A program made the translations under genes and the position numbers. A stretch of 64,000 nt of DNA from Andalucia godoyi And28 (Eukaryota > Protista > Jakobida), in the NCBI GenBank assembly GCA_009859145.1, contig VRVR01000008.1:257494-321493 (forward strand). The letters are read 5' to 3'. How positions within the stretch are numbered: the first letter of the stretch is position 1; every line of letters starts with the position of its first letter. The notes under the pieces were generated by a model. It was not told the origin of the DNA. It saw only the letters and a list, made by a program, of their open reading frames with translations, and did no database searches. Of the stretch, positions 51,601 through 60,807 are shown in pieces.

Positions 51601-52805
51601 TGGATGCGGAGTGCGATTTCTGCTGCCGAGTCTTGTTTAAAAAGACTGGAGAGTCAAACAAGTTCATTGCAGAATCCGCAGAAGAGTCGTTGCAATTGAT
51701 TGTGGAGTGTGTGCCGTTCTCGAAATGTTCCGTTGCACTCCTGAACAGTTCGAATCACAAGTCTCCTGGAGTGAGGTTCAAGGTGGCGAAATACATGAGA
51801 ATCTTGTTGGAACGAACGGTCAATGTATCCATGCTGGACAAAATTGTTCCGTTCGTCAACAACTGCTTGCAGGAGGGACTGTCGGAAACACGTCAAGAAG
51901 CAAAGTTGATCATTGCGAGACTGATGGATTCATGTGGAGACGAATGGAAGCGGCATTTGCCTGACAAGGACATTACCAAGTGGACAGACGCTCTTTGCCG
52001 TCTCTCGACGTCGGGTAACTTTCTCAACCAAGCGGATCCTGGTTCTGCTGTGAAGACCGTCTCTGGGAATCGCGATGCGGCAACGTCTCGCTCTGGATTC
52101 CGTGGTAAGGACAAAGAGACCAAAGTGAGCCGTGAGTGGGATCAAGAGATGAGGACGGTTTGCAAAACGTTGGATTCATCGTCTTTGTGGTCTGACCGAG
52201 TGGAGCTGCTTGAGCAAATTTGCTCCCGGATCCGCACTCTGTCTTCCAACGGAGGTGCATGCGCCGCGACGACGGCGATCGCAATCTTTGATGCTGTTCT
52301 TGCGCGTGTGTCGGACGGAAATGCAAAGGTGGTTGCGACGGCTTTGCGCTCTCTTTCTTGCGTGTTAGGGCATCTTGATGCATTGAAGAATGTGGATTCC
52401 GTGTACGCGCGCGTCGTCCCAGCTGTTGCGAATGCTTGGAAAGCGCATGGGGATGACTGCCGACTTGTCTGGGACACACTATTGCATGTGCATGATCCGA
52501 CAAGCGTTCTTGCCCCTTTGCTGATTTCGTTTGAATCTGGCAAAGTCATTTCCAAGACGAAGTCTGATTTGATTTCCAGTTTGAGTCCTATTTTCCCGTC
52601 GTTTTCCTCATCTTCTGTGACAAAGTCTATTATTCCTCTGTTGGTCAATGGCTGCGAGGACGTATCTTGCCGATCTGCTGTCCAGCAAGTTGCGGTTCTT
52701 TGTGCAGAAAGGCTTGGTCGTTCGGCATTTACGGATGCTGTGTCTAGATCAACGAGGAACGAATCGGCTGTTGTTCGTCTTCGAGACATGGTCAAGTGTA
52801 CATAA
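48681..52805 (+). CDS. TOGARAM1: Crescerin/TOGARAM1 (CHE-12) ciliary TOG-array protein
   Basis: TOG2-like LVHDANFKISL...WSDNKVVVR...WRIREESLNMVIWCLL...LRDARPKVKFVALEGLAVL, a long S/R-rich linker, TOG3-like DNLRSSISKNSIVCIGEMF...LFKKTGESNKFIAE, and a C-terminal TOG with RVSDGNAKV. Confidence 0.85.
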   Translation: MDAETLIQALHDPSSFVRTEALQQLRDTRSFSPNFLNERLVRAVFSCVSDTQWTVSLASLQALLTFVNVESSSIRSTLEEDFIFEVLKSFCQSRTSVRKTGADLLLSWARIRQERWRLLLQNTLNVLGDDQIDFRIRSECCNFVAQIMDQIPKSENFMDIRASALATLKAASKDMHPAIADAASAALSLIGLSSSPLAISHSQSQFQSQSQSQSQSNSTKIHEFAGEDQALPGRRRVERSPELQNVINDLQNSDQTSWKCRSSLIDKLYYMLSGTMPEDGSSLPSPTMGLDSVMVGDVHQLVSALAPLVHDANFKISLTTMHIMGVIASKYTAQDDNSLLGQLIDILAEKWSDNKVVVRHTVSRTISRIASSGSFPISNVITLLLKRSVSDPLQSPDRSLASWRIREESLNMVIWCLLSVKPLTVDFGTIALAFVQALRDARPKVKFVALEGLAVLHWIRKDAVDAVLSTMHGEEFELVSERLQHQDIPLVTPDGNVEHKLLANNAGPARPDSVADDARNRSRVQSAAGSTSRLPAAVRSFPWENMPSTTSNRIRSVKVSDSLPDQPQLEEKQRFHAFVPVSPLGSSDFPSPKSLSPSRSPMSLSSSQSSKISLWLPGGSVEIVDSTSNGQLFSDTGSLHAQHEEDLFYGRRRGGGASSATRRLAVDDAANDRLSPYDVVEMRASQEDLEDVSVLPRNSDPAVGDRLKLLKQKRRRYGSTTPGLYDATETAAESRGSVSPSFDRGRAGYSDLSDFSERKKESDILFPSIARDRDSAGRDPTVVVEPPSTAATPSAASRRRPRPGSMPSLGDGRDSVVSEDLQQEAITTTPARSFRAATAASSSIAASSSSGTAVASVVSSVSPNRRTAVETAARPMEEITTGDLLPISGNVVTEFNKALELLKSALWSDIYRATNVVRQAVVHHHDNDSLFAVSKLHPLVLTLLSNVDNLRSSISKNSIVCIGEMFRFLSRGSMDAECDFCCRVLFKKTGESNKFIAESAEESLQLIVECVPFSKCSVALLNSSNHKSPGVRFKVAKYMRILLERTVNVSMLDKIVPFVNNCLQEGLSETRQEAKLIIARLMDSCGDEWKRHLPDKDITKWTDALCRLSTSGNFLNQADPGSAVKTVSGNRDAATSRSGFRGKDKETKVSREWDQEMRTVCKTLDSSSLWSDRVELLEQICSRIRTLSSNGGACAATTAIAIFDAVLARVSDGNAKVVATALRSLSCVLGHLDALKNVDSVYARVVPAVANAWKAHGDDCRLVWDTLLHVHDPTSVLAPLLISFESGKVISKTKSDLISSLSPIFPSFSSSSVTKSIIPLLVNGCEDVSCRSAVQQVAVLCAERLGRSAFTDAVSRSTRNESAVVRLRDMVKCT

Positions 52806-52964
52806 TAAAGAAGTTGAGGGGTTGGAAATATGGACAATAAAAAGAAGCAGCGGTGGTATATAAAAGAAGACGGTCGCTGCTTGCCGAATGTGATCGATCG
52901 CTCCGTGCGACGTACAGTTTGCATGTAGCATTAACGAATGTAAACGACTTGCGAAACACCACCC

Positions 52965-53006
52965 ATCCACCCACCCACCCACACACACACCCACACACAC
53001 ACACAC
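52965..53006. repeat. CCCA/CA-rich low-complexity tract between the convergent TOGARAM1 and GH20 genes
   Basis: ccatccacccacccacccacacacacacccacacacacacac. Confidence 0.85.
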
Positions 53007-53014
53007 AGTCTTCC

Positions 53015-55132
53015 TCAGAACCAGAACATGCGACGTTGCGTGGAAACCGCACGGCCATAATGTAGAAACGGAAGAATGTCAACGTTACCGCTCCAGTACA
53101 CATTGGACCGAGTTGTGGCAGATGTCAGTTCAACCAAAGAACTGATTCCGCCCATAGAAACCCGTTCCACAATGGTTGCTAAACGCTGTTTCAGCATCCC
53201 ATAGCGAGCATCCAAGATCTCCCATCCAAGAGGATGGAAGCACTCCGTCCACAATCGCAGATGGCATCTCCACAGATTCTCCACCGAAGTTTGAAGAGAT
53301 GCGACGCGGGATCGTACTTGAGACACACGATCCTCCGCCTGCGCACAAAACGCGCTCTGCAGTACCATATGCAAAGTGCATTTGAGAGAAAGGACGTGCG
53401 CAACATGCGCAGGAAAGAGCAATCGAGGGTCCTTTTCTGCACAGCGAAAGAGATCAATGGAGAGGCGAGAATAGTGCATTTCCATAGCGAGAAGAGCTTC
53501 GTCTGTGAAATGGCAGGACAGGTGTCCCAGCAGCGGATCCTCCCACAACATCCACTTTGAAACATTGGAAAACGATCCCACGGCTTCCACGTACTCTGCA
53601 GCGGGTTGTGCCATCTCAACAGAGAGGATGCGTCGAATCTGTGGCGACGAAGAGTACGCTGGGTATTCAGCACCACTGGCGGCGAGAGAATCATTGCGAG
53701 AAGATGGATTCAGAACGGAATGCGGCAAAATGTCCAGATGCGATGCCTTTTCAAAGTGATCTAAATTCAAATTTTCGCAACAATGATACACCATCTGTCT
53801 TAACATCGATCCGTGTTCGTCCAACGACCATGCAAAAGAAGCAAAGAACGCAAAAGCTGGGATCACGCTGAATGGAGAACACTCGGCACCGTCGTCTCCC
53901 CACATGGTGCACATGACGCGATCGATACGTCGACTTCTGCACGCAAGCATACATGCTCGGATGCTTGCCGCAGAAAATGGCAACTGCGACCAGAATCTCG
54001 ACCATGACCACACCCCCGTTGCCATTACAATCCTTGTCGGATCCATGCCTTGTCCACGGGTTCCAAATCTCTTGTCTGAGCGCACAAGTTCGGAAACTTG
54101 ATCCAACACCGCCTCATAGTGACCTTCCGACGACGAGTAGTAGTCCCAGGGCACAATATCGAACTTGTCTTTGCATTCGGCGAGAAGCACTTGCATTGCC
54201 TGTTCGCTTTTCAAAAACATGTCTCCCCATACCATTGGTCGGAATCCATACTGAACACTGAGCTCGATGCAGAACGCAGCATGCTTCGCGAACGCAACGC
54301 CGCTATCGATTGCACACATTGCATCTGCTTCATCGCAACCAAGATGGATGTATCGAGACAGAGGAAACGCAGACCGCACAGCCGTGATCATCTTCTCCAC
54401 AAAATCACGAGTTGCCTCTGTCCCTGGCCGCAAGCAGTCTTCCGACAACCGCACATGAGCGAACTGCGGCCACTGCAGGACATTTTCCAAATGGCCCGCA
54501 ACCTGAATGCACGGAATAAGCTCGATACCAAGCGCAACGCACGTTGCCTCAATCATGGCGATATCATCTCTGCCATATCCCCCTCTCAAATACCCAAAGC
54601 ACGCCTGAAAGGACCCCGCGTCCGTCAGAGGATACACGTCTTCCATGTACAGCTGCAGTGCATTGAACCCGAGCATCACACAGTACTTTGCAAACAGCTG
54701 TACCGTCTTCGTATTCATCACTGCTCCTCGCGACACATCCAGCATGCACGACACAAGCGAGCAGGAGCACTTTGAATAGTACGGAAGCGTCATGCATGCA
54801 GGATACAAGGAGATCAGACATGCCAGTGCTCGAAACGCATCCGATGTTCGCACATACTGGATGAGCAGTTCGCTTGATTCCTGCCGGGAGTCCTGATCCA
54901 CAGAATCGCGCAAGATCTTGAAACCGCCAAACACAGGCGCTGCTGCATCCACTTCGTACTCGTCGCTAAGCATCAAAAACGACTCAAAGCTGTCAACCTT
55001 CATAAACGATAAGCGCGAAATTGCAGGAAACGGCCGAAGATCCGTCGAGCAGGTCGACGCTGACAGTCGGCTGATTTCATCACGAAAGAGCAGCAGTCCT
55101 TCCGAGAGCTCCAGAGATGCATCGATTTCCAT
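53015..55132 (-). CDS. GH20 N-acetyl-beta-hexosaminidase, GcnA/HEXDC-like, no signal peptide
   Basis: MLDVSRGAVMNTKTV, GFNALQLYMEDVY, FGYLRGGY, GIELIPCIQVAGHLE, catalytic IHLGCDEA, RPMVWGDMF, TMWGDDGAE, and C-terminal LWEDPLLG as in GcnA-type enzymes. Confidence 0.9.
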   Translation of the reverse strand: MEIDASLELSEGLLLFRDEISRLSASTCSTDLRPFPAISRLSFMKVDSFESFLMLSDEYEVDAAAPVFGGFKILRDSVDQDSRQESSELLIQYVRTSDAFRALACLISLYPACMTLPYYSKCSCSLVSCMLDVSRGAVMNTKTVQLFAKYCVMLGFNALQLYMEDVYPLTDAGSFQACFGYLRGGYGRDDIAMIEATCVALGIELIPCIQVAGHLENVLQWPQFAHVRLSEDCLRPGTEATRDFVEKMITAVRSAFPLSRYIHLGCDEADAMCAIDSGVAFAKHAAFCIELSVQYGFRPMVWGDMFLKSEQAMQVLLAECKDKFDIVPWDYYSSSEGHYEAVLDQVSELVRSDKRFGTRGQGMDPTRIVMATGVWSWSRFWSQLPFSAASIRACMLACRSRRIDRVMCTMWGDDGAECSPFSVIPAFAFFASFAWSLDEHGSMLRQMVYHCCENLNLDHFEKASHLDILPHSVLNPSSRNDSLAASGAEYPAYSSSPQIRRILSVEMAQPAAEYVEAVGSFSNVSKWMLWEDPLLGHLSCHFTDEALLAMEMHYSRLSIDLFRCAEKDPRLLFPAHVAHVLSLKCTLHMVLQSAFCAQAEDRVSQVRSRVASLQTSVENLWRCHLRLWTECFHPLGWEILDARYGMLKQRLATIVERVSMGGISSLVELTSATTRSNVYWSGNVDILPFLHYGRAVSTQRRMFWF

Positions 55133-56021
55133 GAACCATCACCATGCACTGTATCCCACAACAATGCAGATCACAGAACGCTGCACAACAGAGAGCTTAC
55201 CGAGTTGGTGCTCTCCTGTCAGTAGCCTAGCAAGTAAGAACTCCGGGGAAGCCATTAGTGTTTCCAACTCCAATTATATGTATGTATCCTCCAACCCAAG
55301 CCTCTCGCCAAGCATTTGGCTCGCATGCTGCGCCTCAAGCAGATCGTAGAGTGACATCTTTTTTACAGTCAGCATCAGCGCCCCTCATCAATTAACAAGG
55401 AATCGGTTGTCAGCATCCGACAGTGTCTTTCATTGGGCCTCGATCTGCGCACCTTCAGCCATACTATCCGATGACATTCACAGCCGTTCCACCCAGACGA
55501 TTGGGTTGGAGGCATCGTACCACACGACGCATCGGACCACACCCTAGCTCTATGTGCTGTACTATACGTTTTGTGAAAACGTCTGGCGAACAGAGCGCTT
55601 CTGCGTGTTTTATGGAAAAGCGATGGCATCGGATGGCAGGATTCGGGGGATTTCCCCCTCCTTTTTTGGAGTTCGACACTGTTTGTGGCACGCCTACATT
55701 GTGCACTAACCACGGATAATCATCGCTGATCACCCATAATCAGTGTTGCAACCCAACAACATGCATAATGCCACGCGGCGGTGTGTGTATAGGGATTTCA
55801 TGATCAAAATGGGGCGAAGCGAATCGGGCATCGTGCGACGGAGCTGTTAAGATAACAAACGCATGCGCATGGCGCGTGGCAGTGGCCTTTTGTTTTTACG
55901 TGCGCTTTAGATTGCTTCATCATATCGCAGTAAGTGGCAGCGGCAGGTGTTTTATTGATTAAAAAAATATAAATAATAATTTACTTAAATTACGCGTTTG
56001 GCAATGTAGCACGGATAATGG

Positions 56022-56579
56022 CTAGTCATATCGATCTTCGTTTTGCTGGACTGCAGAGCTGATTGCAAGGAGCGCGGCCCAGATGCCGGCAAGCAGCACA
56101 TAGAACAGGAACAGCAAAAGCATGATTCCAAGCCAGTCCCAGTAGGTCGTCCCCGCAAACACGCGTCTTCCCTCCTCGTCTGTCGTAAACCAAGACGTTT
56201 TTTGCGTTTTTCGGACCTCTCGAGACTCCATGATGTCCACAGTGCTGCTGACAGTCGACATCGTCCGAGAGTGTGTTCGGCTAAGGTGCTGGTTGGCATG
56301 GCCCGACGACGCGCTGCTGCCCACCGCTTCTTTGCCATTTCCCCGCATCTCCGTAACGCACGTACTACTGCTGTTCATCAGTTCGGGGTTTACAGCCGGT
56401 GAGAACGATACGGTCCGGCACCGCTGCGACCCGTTCAGCCGGTGCAGCGGGCCGCGATCGCTGCCAACAGTGCTGCTGTTACTGCTGGCGGCATGGTCCG
56501 ACGAAGCGGCGACGGTCACGGTCTCTGATTCCAAATGAGATGCGGGAGCCGACGCTGGATTGGACCCAGAGCTCAACAT
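56022..56579 (-). CDS. Single-pass membrane protein (185 aa) with a Na,K-ATPase beta-subunit-like TM segment
   Basis: ATG at 56579, a Ser-rich disordered N-terminus, then SWFTTDEEGRRVFAGTTYWDWLGIMLLLFLFYVLLAGIWAALLAI and a short tail of about 12 residues. Confidence 0.75.
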   Translation of the reverse strand: MLSSGSNPASAPASHLESETVTVAASSDHAASSNSSTVGSDRGPLHRLNGSQRCRTVSFSPAVNPELMNSSSTCVTEMRGNGKEAVGSSASSGHANQHLSRTHSRTMSTVSSTVDIMESREVRKTQKTSWFTTDEEGRRVFAGTTYWDWLGIMLLLFLFYVLLAGIWAALLAISSAVQQNEDRYD

Positions 56580-56757
56580 GCCTCGATTAATTGATTAATG
56601 GATAGGGGGGATATCTGGGGGCTGTTCATGTACCGAGTCAACAAAACAGAGCTTCCGTTGGAATATGACGCAACTTCTTAAACATTTAAAATTTAAAAAA
56701 ATAAAATAGAAAACTGAAAGAAAGAAATCAGTGAAAGAGTATTCTGCTAAAGTGGGT

Positions 56758-56796
56758 ATGGAAGAATGGAAGAATGGAAGGATGGAAGGATGAAAG
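56758..56796. repeat. (ATGGAAGR) 8-mer tandem repeat, about 5 copies
   Basis: atggaaga atggaaga atggaagg atggaagg atgaaag. Confidence 0.85.
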
Positions 56797-56893
56797 TCAC
56801 CAAACAAACAGCAAGTAATCGAATGTTCACTCGAAGCATGCATCTGTCAACAACTGGATGAATCTCCTAGTCTTTTATTTATTTATTAATTAA

Positions 56894-59800
56894 TTACACA
56901 TGACTTGCAAAGATGCGGTCGATCTTTGCCATCTCGTCGATCATCTCGTCTTCAAAGTACTTTCTGAAGCCAATATCATCTGGCAGACCTTTGCGTCGAC
57001 GAGTCTTGACAAGGCAGTCGCGTGCCAGATATGGTTTCGGCGCAGGCTCAAGCATTCGAACGGGAATGCTCTTGTCCAGCGGATCGCCCGGAATCTCGGA
57101 CCAGTGACTGAACAATGCTTGCGGGAACGCAAGGCCGTTGGTCGCGACTCGCAAATCAACCTCAAACCCAAAGGACTCTAGTAGAGGAACATGGGCGTGT
57201 ATGCAGTGTAAGGGTGTTCCTCCGCGTGGACCTTCCCACAGCAACACACCCCTCCTTCTTGAAACAACAGACGTGACAATCGACATCTGTTCGACAGGAG
57301 TGAGAATTTCGACCAAGTTGACGGGTTCAAGCAATCGCGGGTTGGCAGTCAGCACAGATGCACAGACAACTCTGCGGGCAGCAGGAGTAATGTTTCCCGA
57401 CGAACGCAGCAACGGATCACTGGAAATCACAGCGTCCACGATTCGGCAAGACACATTTCGCATTGGCTCTGCACATAGTGGTCCTTCTTTGCAAGCCCAT
57501 GAAAATCCTTTTGCGCACGACTCGCGGACATGCGACAATAACTTCGGATCCACCTCTCCGGGAAGAGTGTCGTCTGACAGCACAACCGGCGAATCATACG
57601 GAGAGAACACCCATACTCGACGTGCCGCAAGGGCGTCCCACTGAAACTCCGTCATCAACGCTTCCGACAAGTCTGATTTCTTGTTTGCACGATCTAGTTC
57701 TGCAGCCGGCAGATATCCCTTTTCCATGCACGTTGCTATGCGCGGATCCAAAGGCTCTGCAATCATCGTAAGTTTGTTTTCCTTGTTGACGCTTTCCGAA
57801 AAGCAGCGGAAAGCCGACATGCGAGACACGGACTCGTGAAACGCTACAAAGGGATCGGAGACGTTGATTTCTATGCCTGCATATCGTTCTCTCAACAACT
57901 GGATCGCACAATCCAGGTACATTTCTCCAGGCCCGCCAATGTATCGCAATCCTGATTCTTCGACGTAAAACTCGAGAGCAAGAAAAGATTTTCTCAAGAG
58001 ACGGATCCCTTCAAGCAACTTTGGCAGTTCGGAAGGTACTCGCGGGTCAATTGCAATGCGCATGTTGGAGCGGTACGGCAGACTAAGAGGAACAAAGATG
58101 GATTCACCGTCTTCGCGATCCTGTTTATCAGCTCCCTCGTCATCGTCATCGTCATCGTCTCCGTCTCCGTCCGTCATCTCTTGCAGCGAACTCGCGGGGA
58201 GCGGCCCTTGCAAGGTACCGCCGCGAATAAGGACATCGGAAATGCTCTGCACAACGACCCACGTACCAACGGTTGCGGGACCGCTGAACTTCATTCCATA
58301 AAACGGGAAAACGGCAGCATAGACATTGGAAATCACGCAGTCGTGAACATCGCTGTCATCATGAACGGAGTGGTTTTCTGCAAACACGCGAACCTTCATT
58401 CCCGCCTGCAGAGAGCCCGACATGACGCGAACCAGTGCCATGCAGTGCAAGCCGCCCTCTTTTTCATTTCCTCGCAGCAGGTAGCTGACGTCCAATACTC
58501 TGGAGATCAAGCCAAGCAACGGCGCAGTAGCTGACGAATCTGCATGCAGGAGTGCAGAACCGCGTGCGGATTCCAAGTTGCCCGCAAATAGCTGCTGGGC
58601 CTTCCGATGAGAGTTCTGCAGCGGGCTTGGAATGTGGGTCACGATCGCATCCGCAAGGCCAGCAAAGGAGCTCTTGTTCGGAGAATGGACGGAAAAGAAC
58701 CGAGCAAACACCGTTCGCAGCAAGGGTCGGAGGTCTTGCAGCAATTCATCATGGGAAATTAGAACATTGGCCTTTTGCAAGAAAGCTTTCAGATCCCGAC
58801 CCTCGATGGAGATGCAGTGGGAAAACAATTTGTACATTGGATTCAGGATAAACTGAACAAAGGATCGCTCCACTCCGTGCAAGCTGGACGAGACAAACTT
58901 TCGGCTCTGCGGGTCCATGAAACGATCTCCCCACAGGTTTGCAGAGAATGCAACAGGATCAAACAAATCTCCGTACGTGCTTGTATAGAGATGCGCAAAC
59001 TGCCTTAAAGAAAAGCAGAACCCGAATGCTGCAGACGAAAACAAGACGTTTCCGACCGCGGGATTGAACCGGGCGTGCGAATTGTCGTCGGGCAGCAGCG
59101 AGTTCATCTCATCGACGATAAATCGAAGTTTGAAATATGCATCGCGAGGCGGCAGTTTGAGTTCTGTCATGAGACGATCGATTTTAGTGACGACAAGAAT
59201 TGCGCTGAGAGCACCGCCGTCTGCCGACGCCCCGATACCGGAGGCTCCTCCAGCGCCATGAACCGCGGAGACCCTCTTACATGAGTGCAGTCCCGCTTGA
59301 GCAAGTGCATGTGACACGATTGTTCGGGTAGCAAGAGAAACTCCCTCTACAGCATCGACACAAATCAGAAGCCCGTCTGCCATGCGAACGCCGGCGGAGA
59401 CCTCGTCCAGAAAATCCACGTGCCCTGGTGTGTCCATCAGATTCACCGCAAACGATGTTCCTTTGGAATCCTCAAGAAGTAAACAGCACGGCTTCGACCG
59501 AATAGTCATTCCCCTATCCTTCTCCATCTCCACGACGTGGTCCGACAGCCTGGGTGCAGACCCACTGTCCAGCTTCCGCGTGATGTGCACCGGCGAATCC
59601 GGGTGTTGCTGAGCAGACGAACTCGACAGCAACGGATACAGCTCCGGATGTGTCTCCGCGAGCAGCAGATCCAAAAGCGATGTCTTCCCATGATGAATCG
59701 CGCCGCAAACAACAACGTTTCTGATCCGCGATGGAACCCCCAGCACATCCAATAAATACTCCTTCTTGTACGTCGATTCAAATACCGAGCGCGTCAGCAA

Positions 59801-60022
59801 TGCGTCGAGTTCGCTAATGTGGATCGTCGGCTTAATAATCGGTTCGGACGCAGCACGCGCGTCTTCTGCTTGATACATCAGCTCTGTGTCCTTCGGATAC
59901 ACCTCTCGTGCATCCCGGTAGTACTGCTTGTCCTCATGCAGCCGCGCAACAACTCTCGACTCCTCCCCATCACTGCCCTCCTCGCTGCTTGAATACTCAG
60001 GAACTAGCCCTACTCCAGCACC
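56894..60022 (-). CDS. EFTUD2: U5 snRNP GTPase Snu114/EFTUD2, exon 2
   Basis: LHEDKQYY..A.EVY, IIKP, RNVVVCGAIHHGKTSLLD, LMDTPGHVDFLDE, FVQFILNPMYK, ESVNKENKLTMIAEPLD, WACKEGPLCAEPMRNV, ESFGFEVDLR, and VKTRRRKGL. Confidence 0.96.
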   Translation of the reverse strand, partial: GAGVGLVPEYSSSEEGSDGEESRVVARLHEDKQYYRDAREVYPKDTELMYQAEDARAASEPIIKPTIHISELDALLTRSVFESTYKKEYLLDVLGVPSRIRNVVVCGAIHHGKTSLLDLLLAETHPELYPLLSSSSAQQHPDSPVHITRKLDSGSAPRLSDHVVEMEKDRGMTIRSKPCCLLLEDSKGTSFAVNLMDTPGHVDFLDEVSAGVRMADGLLICVDAVEGVSLATRTIVSHALAQAGLHSCKRVSAVHGAGGASGIGASADGGALSAILVVTKIDRLMTELKLPPRDAYFKLRFIVDEMNSLLPDDNSHARFNPAVGNVLFSSAAFGFCFSLRQFAHLYTSTYGDLFDPVAFSANLWGDRFMDPQSRKFVSSSLHGVERSFVQFILNPMYKLFSHCISIEGRDLKAFLQKANVLISHDELLQDLRPLLRTVFARFFSVHSPNKSSFAGLADAIVTHIPSPLQNSHRKAQQLFAGNLESARGSALLHADSSATAPLLGLISRVLDVSYLLRGNEKEGGLHCMALVRVMSGSLQAGMKVRVFAENHSVHDDSDVHDCVISNVYAAVFPFYGMKFSGPATVGTWVVVQSISDVLIRGGTLQGPLPASSLQEMTDGDGDDDDDDDEGADKQDREDGESIFVPLSLPYRSNMRIAIDPRVPSELPKLLEGIRLLRKSFLALEFYVEESGLRYIGGPGEMYLDCAIQLLRERYAGIEINVSDPFVAFHESVSRMSAFRCFSESVNKENKLTMIAEPLDPRIATCMEKGYLPAAELDRANKKSDLSEALMTEFQWDALAARRVWVFSPYDSPVVLSDDTLPGEVDPKLLSHVRESCAKGFSWACKEGPLCAEPMRNVSCRIVDAVISSDPLLRSSGNITPAARRVVCASVLTANPRLLEPVNLVEILTPVEQMSIVTSVVSRRRGVLLWEGPRGGTPLHCIHAHVPLLESFGFEVDLRVATNGLAFPQALFSHWSEIPGDPLDKSIPVRMLEPAPKPYLARDCLVKTRRRKGLPDDIGFRKYFEDEMIDEMAKIDRIFASHV

Positions 60023-60144
60023 CTACTCCGCAAAACATATAAATATATATATAATCAAAAGTAAAAAAAAAAACAATTCGCAAGTTAGATACAACAAAAT
60101 AAACAACAATCAAAAACACAACGCTGAATACAACTGACACATAC
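60023..60144 (-). other. Spliceosomal intron (122 nt, phase 0) in EFTUD2
   Basis: GTATGT donor, CTAAC branch-like motif, T-rich tract and GAGTAG acceptor. Removal gives ...QKDDNV|GAGVGLVPEYSSSEEGSDGEESRVVARLHEDK. Confidence 0.9.
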
Positions 60145-60267
60145 GACATTATCATCTTTCTGGTCAACGCCGTGACCGCTATCATAAGATTCGCTTTCCG
60201 AGTTCGATTCGTCATCCTCCGCAAACGGCCCCACTCGATTCCCAAACTCATCGTATCGATCATCCAT
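60145..60267 (-). CDS. EFTUD2: EFTUD2 exon 1 (41 codons)
   Basis: MDDRYDEFGNRVGP matches the conserved Snu114 start motif YDEFGN.IGP, followed by an acidic tract. Confidence 0.93.
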
Positions 60268-60302
60268 TATCACACGTCTTCCACCACCTTCTCGGAAACC
60301 AA

Positions 60303-60337
<35 letters not shown>

Positions 60338-60807
60338 TTTCTACTGTCTTCTTCCTCTCGGACACACGTACCGAGCGATGAAGTAGGAGAAACGTGTAGT
60401 TTATAAAGAAGAAAGGTCGTGCGAAAATATCCAAGGGACTACGACAGCTCCCCTCTTCGGCGACTCATCCAAACCGGGGTCGTCGCTCATCCTGGTCGTT
60501 CACGCCTGACGTCCCATCCATTTTGCTACGATCCGACTGTACAGTAAAAGCCTGTTAAAGCACACAAACGCTGAGCAGAACCAGTTTCAGCATAGGTCTT
60601 CCCTCCTTTCTTAATTGTGTTTTTCCTGTCTTTCTGTTTTTCTGTTTTGTTTTGTTGTTTCTTCTTCTTCTTCTTCTGGGAGGCTGAAAAATCTCAAGGT
60701 TGGAGGGTGCTATCGATCTAGTCCAGTGACATCGGCAGCGACAAGCACAGCAGAAGAACTGTGTTTAGCATCCGAGGGAGGGATTACGACAGGAGGAGGA
60801 AGAGGGG

